Source of the DNA: an uncultured Bacteroidia bacterium
Lineage (GTDB): Bacteria > Bacteroidota > Bacteroidia > Bacteroidales > ML635J-15
NCBI GenBank assembly: GCA_902791865.1
Contig: CADAXK010000004.1
Span: 320,559 to 384,558 of the forward strand
Direction: 5' to 3'
Length of the DNA stretch: 64,000 bases
Below are positions 20,939 to 28,910 of this stretch, in pieces. Positions within the stretch are counted from its first letter, which is position 1. Each line of letters begins with the position of its first letter. Below the pieces are notes generated by a model, which worked only from the letters and a program-made list of their open reading frames with translations, was not told the origin of the DNA and searched no databases. The position numbers and the translations under genes are program-made.

Positions 20939-21798
20939 TGTTGAAGAAGTTTGTGTTTTATACCCTGCTTGTTTTTCTTGTCGGAACAACCACCGCACAA
21001 GAAAAAATCTTTTTGTGGCAGGACACGAACATAAAAAATTGGAAACAAGTAACATTGACACCTTACTTATCCCAAAACAACACTTCTGGCACTGCCATAA
21101 TCGTATGTCCTGGCGGAAGTTATTTCTGGCTTGATATGGAAACCGAAGGCGATGGTGTAGCCAGATGGTTGCAATCGAATGGAATTTCTGCCTTTGTGTT
21201 AAAATACCGTGTTGCAGGTTTTTCTGCATTTTTCTGGAATCACCGTAGCAAAAAACACGGCAACCAGTACCCCGACATGCTCAACGATGCACAGCAAGCA
21301 ATAAAATGGGTTCGCAATCACGCAAAAGAGTATCATATAAAACCGAATAAGGTAGGCATAATGGGATTTTCGGCTGGCGGACATTTGTCGATGTCGACAA
21401 TATGTTACAGCAGCAAGGAACAACGCCCGTCGTTTGCTGCACCAATCTACCCTGTTGTCACAATGAACCCGCCATACGTTCACAAACGCTCGCGCCGTGC
21501 CTTGCTAAGCGAACGAAGACAAAACGACCAAACCATGCGCGACTCTCTCTCGCTCGAGTTGCACGTACCAGCCGACTGTCCGCCTGTGTTCATTGTAAAC
21601 TGCGTAGACGACCCCACCGTAGAATACCACAACTCGATGCTACTCGATTCGGCACTGACGGCAAAAAATATCAAGCACAAATACATACAATACCAGACTG
21701 GTGGCCACGGATTTGGAGCCAGCGAGGAAAAAGGAAGCGAAGAATGTCGACAATGGAAAAACGAGTTTCTAAAATGGCTTAAAGAAAATATTTATTAA
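20938..21798 (+). CDS. Secreted alpha/beta hydrolase (esterase/lipase-like)
   Basis: The internal Met at 20938 gives the signal peptide MLKKFVFYTLLVFLVGTTTAQ. GFSAGGH (GxSxG) nucleophile elbow. The listed upstream extension from 20806 overlaps the previous gene. Confidence 0.75.
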   Translation: MLKKFVFYTLLVFLVGTTTAQEKIFLWQDTNIKNWKQVTLTPYLSQNNTSGTAIIVCPGGSYFWLDMETEGDGVARWLQSNGISAFVLKYRVAGFSAFFWNHRSKKHGNQYPDMLNDAQQAIKWVRNHAKEYHIKPNKVGIMGFSAGGHLSMSTICYSSKEQRPSFAAPIYPVVTMNPPYVHKRSRRALLSERRQNDQTMRDSLSLELHVPADCPPVFIVNCVDDPTVEYHNSMLLDSALTAKNIKHKYIQYQTGGHGFGASEEKGSEECRQWKNEFLKWLKENIY

Positions 21799-21810
21799 TG
21801 ACATTGAACG

Positions 21811-23109
21811 ATGAATAACAACGATATAGAATACAAATCGGTTGAAGAAATAAAAGCATTTCAGGAAGAATTGCTACACAAGGCTTTGACATACTTGCAG
21901 GCAAATTCGCCATATTACCAGCGAATGTTCAAAAGCTACGGAATCAACATCAACAAGATAAAGCACATCGAAGATCTTGTGAAGATTCCTTTTACAGAAA
22001 AAAAAGACCTTCAATTGTTCAACGAGGAGTTTCTGTGTTGCGACAAATCGAAAATCATCGACTACATTACCACATCCGGAACCTTGGGCGATCCTGTGAC
22101 ATTTGGCTGCTCAGAAAAAGACCTACAGCGACTTGCATACAACGAAAAGAAATCTTTTGAATGTGCCAATGTACATCAGGGCAATGTCGTACAGCTTATG
22201 ACCACACTGGACAAACGCTTCATGGCAGGACTTGCATATTTCCTTGGACTTCGTGAACTTGGCGCAGGCATTATCCGCGTGGGAAACGGAATTCCCGAAC
22301 TGCAATGGGACACGATTAAGCGCATCAAGCCCGACACAATAATGTGCGTTCCATCGTTCATTCTACGCCTTATACAATATGCCGAGGAACACAACATCGA
22401 CTACAAGAACAGTAGCATCAAACGAATAATAGGCATAGGCGAAGGTTTACGCGACCAGAATTTCGAACTCAATTTATTGGGCAAGAAAATAAAGGAGAAA
22501 TGGGATGTCCAGTTGTTCGCCACCTACTCATCCACAGAGATGGGCGCAACCTTCTCGGAGTGCGAATACGGAATGGGCGGTCATGTTCATCCGGAACTTA
22601 TCATAGTCGAAATTATAGGTGAAGACGGTCTGCCAGTACCCGATGGACAACCCGGTGAAATTGTAGTGACAACACTAGGCGTGGAAGCAATGCCATTGCT
22701 TCGCTTCCGCACAGGCGACATTGCAGCAAAAATTGTTGACAAGTGCAAATGCGGACGAAACTCATACCGCCTCACCCCTCTCGTAGGCCGTATGAACAAC
22801 ATGATTAAACTCAAAGGCACAACCCTATATCCACCGGCAATAAACGATGTGCTTGACAATACCGATTATGTTGAGAACTATGTCATCGAGGTAAGGCAAA
22901 ATGAAGCAGGAACCGATGATGTAACAATAAAGATTGGACTTAAGGAACAGCCAGATTTCGATGTTGTAAAGGAACTGAAAGACAGTTTCCGCTCGCGCAT
23001 CCGCGTAGCCCCGCAGATCGAGATTCTCCCTGTTGAGGAAATCCAGAAAATAAATTTCCCTGCCAAGAGCCGCAAACCAATAAAATTTATTGACTTAAGA
23101 AAAAAATAA
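21811..23109 (+). CDS. Adenylate-forming enzyme, phenylacetate-CoA ligase (PaaK)/F390 synthetase-like
   Basis: TTSGTLGDP (AMP-binding P-loop-like) and YSSTEMG motifs. 432 aa. Confidence 0.75.
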   Translation: MNNNDIEYKSVEEIKAFQEELLHKALTYLQANSPYYQRMFKSYGININKIKHIEDLVKIPFTEKKDLQLFNEEFLCCDKSKIIDYITTSGTLGDPVTFGCSEKDLQRLAYNEKKSFECANVHQGNVVQLMTTLDKRFMAGLAYFLGLRELGAGIIRVGNGIPELQWDTIKRIKPDTIMCVPSFILRLIQYAEEHNIDYKNSSIKRIIGIGEGLRDQNFELNLLGKKIKEKWDVQLFATYSSTEMGATFSECEYGMGGHVHPELIIVEIIGEDGLPVPDGQPGEIVVTTLGVEAMPLLRFRTGDIAAKIVDKCKCGRNSYRLTPLVGRMNNMIKLKGTTLYPPAINDVLDNTDYVENYVIEVRQNEAGTDDVTIKIGLKEQPDFDVVKELKDSFRSRIRVAPQIEILPVEEIQKINFPAKSRKPIKFIDLRKK

Positions 23110-23117
23110 CCGTAATA

Positions 23118-24221
23118 ATGTTTGATGATATAAGGCCATATTACCCAGAAGAAATTCCTGCCGCAATGCAAAAAATTGCCGACAGCGAAATTATTCCGTC
23201 CATAGTAAACTATATTATGCCTGGAACTGATGTCGAACTATTTCGCGACAGGTTGAGAAAAGTAAAGACGACATACGAATTCCAAAAGGGCATCATTTTG
23301 GAAATCATCGACATAATACTCGAAAAGACAACAACTCAATTCAAATGGTCGGGAATAGAAAACATCAGCAACGACAAGCCATACATATTTATTTCCAACC
23401 ACCGCGACATTGTACTCGATGCAATGCTCCTGCAATATTTGTTCATTAAAGAAGGAATAAATACCTGCCAGATAACATTCGGCAGCAACCTAATGCAACA
23501 TCCGTTCATTGTTGACTTCGGAAAAGTAAACAAGATGTTCAAGACAGAACGAGGTGGCAATAGGGTTGAATTTTACAACAACCTGACATATATGTCAAAA
23601 TACATCAGGCATGTCGTAACCGAAAACAAAGAATCGGTGTGGATAGCACAGCGCAATGGACGCACAAAGGACGGCCTTGATGTTACCGATCCTGCCATAA
23701 TAAAGATGTTCTGGTCAAGTCGTAGGGACGACAAGGTACTTTCGCTAGCAGAAATGAACATTACACCAGTCTCTGTTTCGTACGAATGGGAACCTTGCGA
23801 CAAGTTGAAAACTCTGGAACTTTATCACACGAAAATCAACGGTGCATACAAAAAAGCACAGGGCGAAGACATCAATAGTATCCTGACCGGCATAAAGCAA
23901 CAGAAAGGAAAGATAAACTTCCATATTGGAAAACCACTCACAGAAGATGCCTTACGCTATGTAGACAGCAAAAAAGGAAACTTTTTCTCGAACATTGCAG
24001 AACAAATTGATGAGCAGATAAACTCAAACTATGCAATAAATCCGAACAACTATATAGCACACGACATTCGTAGCGGTGAATCAAGATATGCAAGCCACTA
24101 TACAGACGAGCAAAAAAATCAATTCGTACAGTACATGAACTGGATTGATGAGTATAAAGACCTGGACAAGAATCTGTTGAAAGAAATTTTCCTCGGCATT
24201 TACGCCAACTGCATAAGATAA
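23118..24221 (+). CDS. Glycerolipid/lysophospholipid acyltransferase family protein
   Basis: ISNHRDIVLDA acyltransferase-type His/Asp motif. 367 aa. Last gene of the plus-strand block. Confidence 0.65.
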   Translation: MFDDIRPYYPEEIPAAMQKIADSEIIPSIVNYIMPGTDVELFRDRLRKVKTTYEFQKGIILEIIDIILEKTTTQFKWSGIENISNDKPYIFISNHRDIVLDAMLLQYLFIKEGINTCQITFGSNLMQHPFIVDFGKVNKMFKTERGGNRVEFYNNLTYMSKYIRHVVTENKESVWIAQRNGRTKDGLDVTDPAIIKMFWSSRRDDKVLSLAEMNITPVSVSYEWEPCDKLKTLELYHTKINGAYKKAQGEDINSILTGIKQQKGKINFHIGKPLTEDALRYVDSKKGNFFSNIAEQIDEQINSNYAINPNNYIAHDIRSGESRYASHYTDEQKNQFVQYMNWIDEYKDLDKNLLKEIFLGIYANCIR

Positions 24222-24288
24222 GCAGAAACATTCAGTCACAATTGCATGCTATTACATTTTGTAATAAATTTGCAAAAACTATTTAAAC

Positions 24289-25002
24289 ATGACTGTTGAA
24301 ATTTGCGCCAATTCGGTTCAGTCGGCAATAAACGCCGAAAAAGGCGGAGCTGACCGCATAGAACTTTGCCAGAACCTTAACGAAGGCGGCACTACCCCAT
24401 CGTATGCAGCAATAAAATATTGTGCAGAAAAACTTTCGCTCAAGACAATGGTACTCATAAGGCCTCGCCCGGGAGATTTCTGCTACAACGATGCCGAATA
24501 CGAAGCTATTAAGGAAGATGTACTGGTTTGCAGAGAACTTGGTGTTCATGGAGTTGTTGTCGGATTCCTCGACAAGAACCTCGACATTGACACAAAACGC
24601 ACCGCAGAAATCGTAAAGCTCGCCCATCCTATGGAAGTAACCTTCCATCGCGCCTTCGACCGTTGCCGCGACTGGCGCACCGCATTGGAACAAATTATCG
24701 AATGCGGCTGCGATAGAATTCTGACATCAGGTCAACGCAAAACCGCACCCGAAGGAGCCGACACACTGCGTGAAATTCAAAAACAAGCCAACGGACGCAT
24801 AAAAATCCTTGCTGGCAGCGGAGTAAATTCGCAGAATGTTGCCGATCTAATACGAACGACTGGTGTAAGCGAAGTACATTCGTCGTGCAAGCATACCGTA
24901 GAGAATCCGCAGAAGACCAATATCGAGGACTCAAGCCGCTACATGGAAACCGACCTCGAAGAAGTTAAAAGGTTTGTTGGAAACGCAAAGCTATCAAAAT
25001 AA
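24289..25002 (+). CDS. cutC: CutC family copper homeostasis protein
   Basis: The N-terminus EICANSVQSAINAEKGGADRIELC is typical of CutC. 237 aa. A TAAATTTG -7 box lies at 24265-24272. Confidence 0.85.
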   Translation: MTVEICANSVQSAINAEKGGADRIELCQNLNEGGTTPSYAAIKYCAEKLSLKTMVLIRPRPGDFCYNDAEYEAIKEDVLVCRELGVHGVVVGFLDKNLDIDTKRTAEIVKLAHPMEVTFHRAFDRCRDWRTALEQIIECGCDRILTSGQRKTAPEGADTLREIQKQANGRIKILAGSGVNSQNVADLIRTTGVSEVHSSCKHTVENPQKTNIEDSSRYMETDLEEVKRFVGNAKLSK

Positions 25003-25350
25003 GGAAACATAAAACGATTCCGCTCGTGCCGCGGGGGCATTTACTTTTTTTGTCACCAAAAACAGTAAACCAAAAAAGTGTGTCCGCTGAGTCTGCTTCG
25101 CTAAAAATCGTTTGCACTACGCTAAAAGTCAGAAACTTGCCTTATGTGCGTGTTGCGTTTTAGACGCGAACCATCACAACGGTTTCAAACAGACTGACTT
25201 TTTACGCTTCGTTCCACCGATTTTCTTAACGCTCACCAGCCAATGCGGCAATCAAGGTATACTCCGCTTTGCTTCGTATTTGTTTAAAAGGTCTCAGAAA
25301 TTCGTCTTAGCGAAAAAAATATTGCCTATTTATTAGTTCAAAATTTTTGT

Positions 25351-25358
25351 TATATTTG
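25351..25358 (+). promoter_or_regulatory. Bacteroides-type -7 promoter box (TATATTTG)
   Basis: Matches TAnnTTTG. No ORF follows before a terminator ~90 nt downstream. Confidence 0.4.
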
Positions 25359-25364
25359 CGGCGT

Positions 25365-25457
25365 CGTTACGTCATACAGCGCAGACGGTAAAATTGTCAG
25401 CGACAACGATTTTGGCAATTCCGACATTTTTCAGCCGCCTATTTTGCGGCTTTTTTT
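25365..25457 (+). ncRNA. Candidate small RNA (promoter box plus intrinsic terminator, ~90 nt)
   Basis: -7 box at 25351-25358. The hairpin AGCCGC-ctatttt-GCGGCT is followed by T7 at 25432-25457. No credible ORF lies between them. Confidence 0.3.
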
Positions 25458-25461
25458 ATGT

Positions 25462-25585
25462 CCATTCGGATTTAAAATCCGAATGGCATGAATATAAGGA
25501 TTTTCAATCCGCATTACAAATGCTAATATTCAAACGTGTCGGATTACAACCTTTAGCTCACTGCCTATGGCAGTAAATCCGACAC
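25462..25585 (-). repeat. Three-hairpin REP/MITE-like element, copy A (reverse orientation, with nested insert)
   Basis: GGATT-N4-AATCC hairpins plus the core GAATAT(C/T)AGCATTTG(C/T)AATGCGGATT..AATCCTTATATTC read on the minus strand. One hairpin loop carries a ~22-nt insert (cctttagctcactgcctatggc). Confidence 0.8.
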
Positions 25586-25779
25586 AACAAAAAAAGAATC
25601 GCCCTCCAAAACGCAGTACAATTCCGCGGACGTTGGAAGGCGACTCAAGTAAGCCACAAAATAGTGGCGTTAAAAGCGGCCCTGGTACTGCACCCCATGC
25701 AATCTGTACCACTATTAGTTTGCTAACCCGATTACGGTGCTACTCTACTATTATTGTGACCTACAATAAGTTCCGCTGC

Positions 25780-25995
25780 TCAAATTTCCACCTTTCTGTA
25801 AAAGGTATTTTCCCAATCGGGGTCTTTCTCGATTTCTTCTCTTCGATAGTCAACAACAAGGCTAATAGCCTCCTTCATGTTCGACAAAAGTTCCTCGAGC
25901 GTGCGACCTTGACTAAGCGCACCCGCCACCTCAACGCATTGACCGATGTACCATTTGGACTTTGGGTCTTTTGAAACAGCAACTGTGAATTCCAT
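25780..25995 (-). CDS. HicB-like antitoxin family protein (UPF0150)
   Basis: 71 aa. The pattern ...YIGQCVEVAGALSQGRTLEELLSNMKEAISL resembles the HicB N-terminal domain. No HicA-like ORF is adjacent. Confidence 0.65.
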   Translation of the reverse strand: MEFTVAVSKDPKSKWYIGQCVEVAGALSQGRTLEELLSNMKEAISLVVDYRREEIEKDPDWENTFYRKVEI

Positions 25996-26044
25996 AATCG
26001 TTATCTATTAATATTTCACTACGTCTATTCTTACTTCTAAAATT

Positions 26045-26275
26045 TTACGACTTTAGCCATCTTATAGCATCTGTCGCATCCTTTGCCACATAACCTTTCT
26101 CTTTCCAGAACTCTTCCAAAGCCTTCAGAGAAGATTCACTCGGTTCATCTTCCTTCAACAGAATAAAAAGGCCAGAATCTTCCATCATCTTTACTATCGA
26201 CCTTGCAATTATGTTTCTTACATCATAACTTAATGTTATTGTTGCCATATATTCAGATGTTTTCTTCATATTCAA
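26045..26275 (-). CDS. Hypothetical small protein (76 aa)
   Basis: Clean ORF co-directional with its neighbours. No motif recognised. Confidence 0.45.
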   Translation of the reverse strand: MNMKKTSEYMATITLSYDVRNIIARSIVKMMEDSGLFILLKEDEPSESSLKALEEFWKEKGYVAKDATDAIRWLKS

Positions 26276-26341
26276 TATTTATCCCAAAAACGACACACCT
26301 ACATTATATAGGCAATCAAGACACCAATATCTCTCATGCAA

Positions 26342-26755
26342 CTAACGAACTACAATATAAAGATAATAGCAACGATGTGAATTAGTCATATTACCAGCCG
26401 AACCTTGTTTAATGTTGTCGTTGCCACTACTTCCGCAATATTTGGAGTTGTAGTATGCTTCGAGAATATCAATACTGCTCTTTCTGCCTTTGCAGAGCAG
26501 GTACATCCTCGAATAGCGGCGGTATGCGTTTGCACGATTGCCAGGATCACCGGTCTTGCCGATTTTGAAACCTCTACAACTACTTATGATTGCATTGATA
26601 TTGGTTGTGATAACACGCTTGAGAGCAGACACATTGTCGTAATCTTTTTCTTTCACTAGACAGTCTGTATGGATCTGCTCCCTTGGTATTCCCTCGGCAT
26701 CATTGTTGCCAAATATTCTTACGAGAGTGTCGTAATTTTTTTTTGAAATATTCAT
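26342..26755 (-). CDS. Hypothetical protein with a possible T5orf172/MUG113 (GIY-YIG superfamily)-like core
   Basis: 137 aa. FKIGKTGDPGNRANAYRR ... LEAYYNSKY resembles the (Y/F)KIGxT...R...Y / E...H pattern of T5orf172 domains. The match is weak. Confidence 0.4.
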   Translation of the reverse strand: MNISKKNYDTLVRIFGNNDAEGIPREQIHTDCLVKEKDYDNVSALKRVITTNINAIISSCRGFKIGKTGDPGNRANAYRRYSRMYLLCKGRKSSIDILEAYYNSKYCGSSGNDNIKQGSAGNMTNSHRCYYLYIVVR

Positions 26756-26833
26756 AACTTTATGTATTTAAATAAACTACTTTCAAAAATATAAAAAAAA
26801 CTTGTGAAGAACCTGTCTCTTGCTTGTATCGTT

Positions 26834-27298
26834 TTAACACAATCTCTTACCAGTTTCCTGCACTGTAACATCCTCCAATTCAACAATATAATCTACAGCC
26901 TCCCATTCGCCATCTGTAACTTCAGTATTTCCGTCAACATAATCCAGCTTTACAAATTTTTCCTCGTCCTGAATCATCATTTTGTTGACTTCCTTAAATG
27001 TACAGTAATGAACTGTTATCGACTTTACAACGCCCTTTATTTCCGACATCAACTCGTAACAATAATGTCTTTGATGATGATAATCAACCATATCCTTATA
27101 GTCAGGCAAATATTTGTCGGTAATCTTTGCTCCAAACCACTCAATGCGGCTACCAATCTTAAATGGTTCTCCACAACATTGCATCTCCCATACATCATAC
27201 AAAACCTTGCAAGTTTCCATATTCACAATCGGAAACGGCAGTTTCTTCTTTGACTTACATTCCAAACAATACCGATTTTCATCATGTCCTGATTCCAT
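26834..27298 (-). CDS. Hypothetical Cys-rich protein (154 aa)
   Basis: Clean ORF with CLEC near the N-terminus and a WEMQCCGEPF motif. No family assigned. Confidence 0.5.
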   Translation of the reverse strand: MESGHDENRYCLECKSKKKLPFPIVNMETCKVLYDVWEMQCCGEPFKIGSRIEWFGAKITDKYLPDYKDMVDYHHQRHYCYELMSEIKGVVKSITVHYCTFKEVNKMMIQDEEKFVKLDYVDGNTEVTDGEWEAVDYIVELEDVTVQETGKRLC

Positions 27299-27316
27299 AC
27301 TTGTTTCTCCTATTTT

Positions 27317-27706
27317 TCAATCCCACAAATGGTCATAAAATTTTGCAAACAATTTCAAGCCTTTACGAATTCTTTTTTGTTCTTCTTCTGTCAAATGTTC
27401 AACAAAATGCTTTGATTCCATATCAAACGCCCATATCATTTCGTCAAGCACCTTGCACCAGTTTTTGTCGTTGTGCAGTTCATCCGGATAGCCGTGATGG
27501 TTTCGTCTAAGTACCTTCAGCCGCGGAACAATAAACCACCCGAATGTGCAATCCAGATTCCAGCATTCCGTATCGTCAAAACCGCGTTCCAAACGCTGCT
27601 TTTTCCACAGGCGAAGGCATTCCCTTTTGTTGCCTTTTTCAATGACCGAAAAGTTTACATTCCTTATCCCCAACGGGTCTTTCTTATTCATTTTGTTCAT
27701 TTTCAA
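27317..27706 (-). CDS. Hypothetical protein (129 aa)
   Basis: First gene of the minus-strand five-gene string. Trp/Asp-rich (FDDTECWNLDCTFGWF). No family assigned. Confidence 0.5.
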   Translation of the reverse strand: MKMNKMNKKDPLGIRNVNFSVIEKGNKRECLRLWKKQRLERGFDDTECWNLDCTFGWFIVPRLKVLRRNHHGYPDELHNDKNWCKVLDEMIWAFDMESKHFVEHLTEEEQKRIRKGLKLFAKFYDHLWD

Positions 27707-27800
27707 ATCCTTTCAGTTTCTTACATATTGCAAATTTATTTGCAAACATACCTTGTTTCGTTACATTTTACATAGCCGTTGCAAACAACCCGCAAACATC

Positions 27801-28062
27801 TGTAAAAATCAAAACAAATTCTGTAAACAAATTTTCGCCGCAAAATAAATACGCCAGTGCGCAACCTATTTGCGTAGCCGAAAATATTTTTCATTTTTTT
27901 TGAAATAAGTTTTGCAAACATATAATACAGAGGTGAATATAGAATCGGCAATGTAACAATTACACCTACTTTTGTAAAAATCGAAGGAAAATATGTAAAC
28001 AAAAAAATCACTGCAAAATAAACATGCAACAGCACAACCTATATGCTCGGTATAAAATTTCA
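27801..28062. repeat. Two degenerate ~90-nt direct repeats (27801-27893 and 27973-28062) in a 690-nt non-coding tract
   Basis: By eye ~70% identical. Shared words in the same order: tgtaaaaatc, tgtaaacaaa, gcaaaataaa, caacctat, aaa(t/a)tttca. Each unit is preceded by tttgcaaacata (27739, 27911). Confidence 0.6.
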
Positions 28063-28080
28063 TTGCGAAAAAAAACTATT

Positions 28081-28299
28081 CGACCTCTCCGAGGTCGCTG
28101 TAAACATCCGACAAACATCCTATAAATATCCGACCTCGCTGAGGTCGTGGCGTTTGCGGACATTTGAGAACAGACCTTGGAGAATCGTTGTCATTAGTGA
28201 TGTATTTTTCGCGGTGGTATCATTTGAAGACATGACCTCGGAGAGGTCAAATATCTATAGAACATAAAGGTAATGAAGGAAACGACCTCAGCGAGGTCG
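28081..28299. promoter_or_regulatory. Four 17-nt palindromes (C/T)GACCTC-N3-GAGGTC(G/A), candidate operator or hairpin sites
   Basis: Sites at 28081-28097 (loop TCC), 28131-28147 (GCT), 28233-28249 (GGA) and 28283-28299 (AGC). Loops 1/3 and 2/4 are mutual reverse complements. Confidence 0.5.
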
Positions 28300-28366
28300 C
28301 ACACATTTGAACGAAACAATGTGGCGGAATGGGATTTAGAAACGAAAAACACATAACATATCATCT

Positions 28367-28402
28367 CATTGAAATATTTTTCATAATTTTGGCGAGGTAA
28401 AA
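28367..28402 (+). promoter_or_regulatory. 36-nt promoter/leader module with -7 box TAATTTTG (28384-28391)
   Basis: 33 of 36 nt are identical to 51505-51540, upstream of an unrelated gene. It contains a TAnnTTTG box. Confidence 0.5.
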
Positions 28403-28789
28403 ATGGCAAAAAAAGAACTAGGCATATTGGCATCATTGTCCGACAGCGATTATAGAAAGTTGCTTGATGAATTGCGCACCAGCATAACGGGTACGCGCAT
28501 TTCGCTTGCCAGAAGGATTAACGAAACTATGATGCAGCTGTACTGGAACATTGGCAAATCAATTTCGGAACGTAAAATTGAAGAAGGCTATGGTGCCGCT
28601 GTGATTAATCGCCTTTCAGCCGACCTCAAAAACGAATTTCCCAATATGGGCTTTTCTGCTCGCAATTTGTGGGACATGAAAAGGTTCTACGAACGCTTTT
28701 CGGTAGCAGAACAAAAACTGCGACAACTTGTCGCAGTTTTACCATGGGGACACAACCTATTGCTTATGAACAAGTTGACATCGTATTAA
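28403..28789 (+). pseudogene. Truncated DUF1016/YhcG-family (PDDEXK nuclease-associated) gene, N-terminal ~128 aa only
   Basis: The N-terminal pattern ...MQLYWNIGKSISERKIEEGYGAAVINRLSADL..FPNMGFSARNLWDMKRFYE is typical of DUF1016 proteins, which are usually ~340-370 aa. This ORF stops at 128 aa and unrelated AT-rich sequence follows. Confidence 0.6.
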
Positions 28790-28835
28790 GATATTTAAAC
28801 AACTAATTATTGACGAAATAAAAAGAAATAAATGA

Positions 28836-28910
28836 TATATTTTTGGCAATCAAAATAATTAAGGTATTAACTAAAAAACGAAATTTTTGAAGTAGACAAA
28901 TTAAAATATT
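28836..28910 (+). pseudogene. Decayed relic of a DUF4143-ATPase promoter, leader and first codons
   Basis: tatttttggcaatcaaaataattaagg...aaaacgaaa...ta.a.ac.a..taaaa aligns by eye with 31723-31795 (taattttgcggcaatcaaataattaggcatatATGttaaaacgaaagtttacagactatctaaaac). It lacks the ATG and contains stops. Confidence 0.35.

Noticed and set aside
25394-25576. 60-aa plus-strand ORF. The similar ORFs 34605..34823 and 51284..51496 raise the same question.
   Set aside because: All three lie inside copies of the REP/MITE-like element, and this one also runs through an intrinsic terminator. Their sequences are hairpin-derived and differ in frame and orientation between copies.
25600-25780. Search for a HicA toxin partner downstream or upstream of the HicB-like gene.
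   Set aside because: Hand translation of the minus strand after the hicB stop gives only short stop-interrupted frames. The upstream 76-aa ORF lacks the HicA pattern. No HicA is called.
25567-25974. 135-aa plus-strand ORF across the hicB-like region.
   Set aside because: It is antisense to the better-supported HicB-like ORF and starts inside a repeat element. Its composition is low-complexity and Pro/Ser/Thr-rich, and it has no motif.
26804-27510. Plus-strand ORFs 26804..27253, 27114..27338 and 27163..27510.
   Set aside because: They are antisense to the co-directional minus-strand gene string, which has compact spacing. Their compositions are hydrophobic and low-complexity.
27736-28267. 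ORFs 27736..28035(-), 27866..28063(-) and 28043..28267(+) in the 690-nt spacer.
   Set aside because: They are AT-rich, Phe/Tyr/Lys/Ile-dominated frames that run across the direct repeats and palindromes. They overlap each other and show no coding-like pattern.
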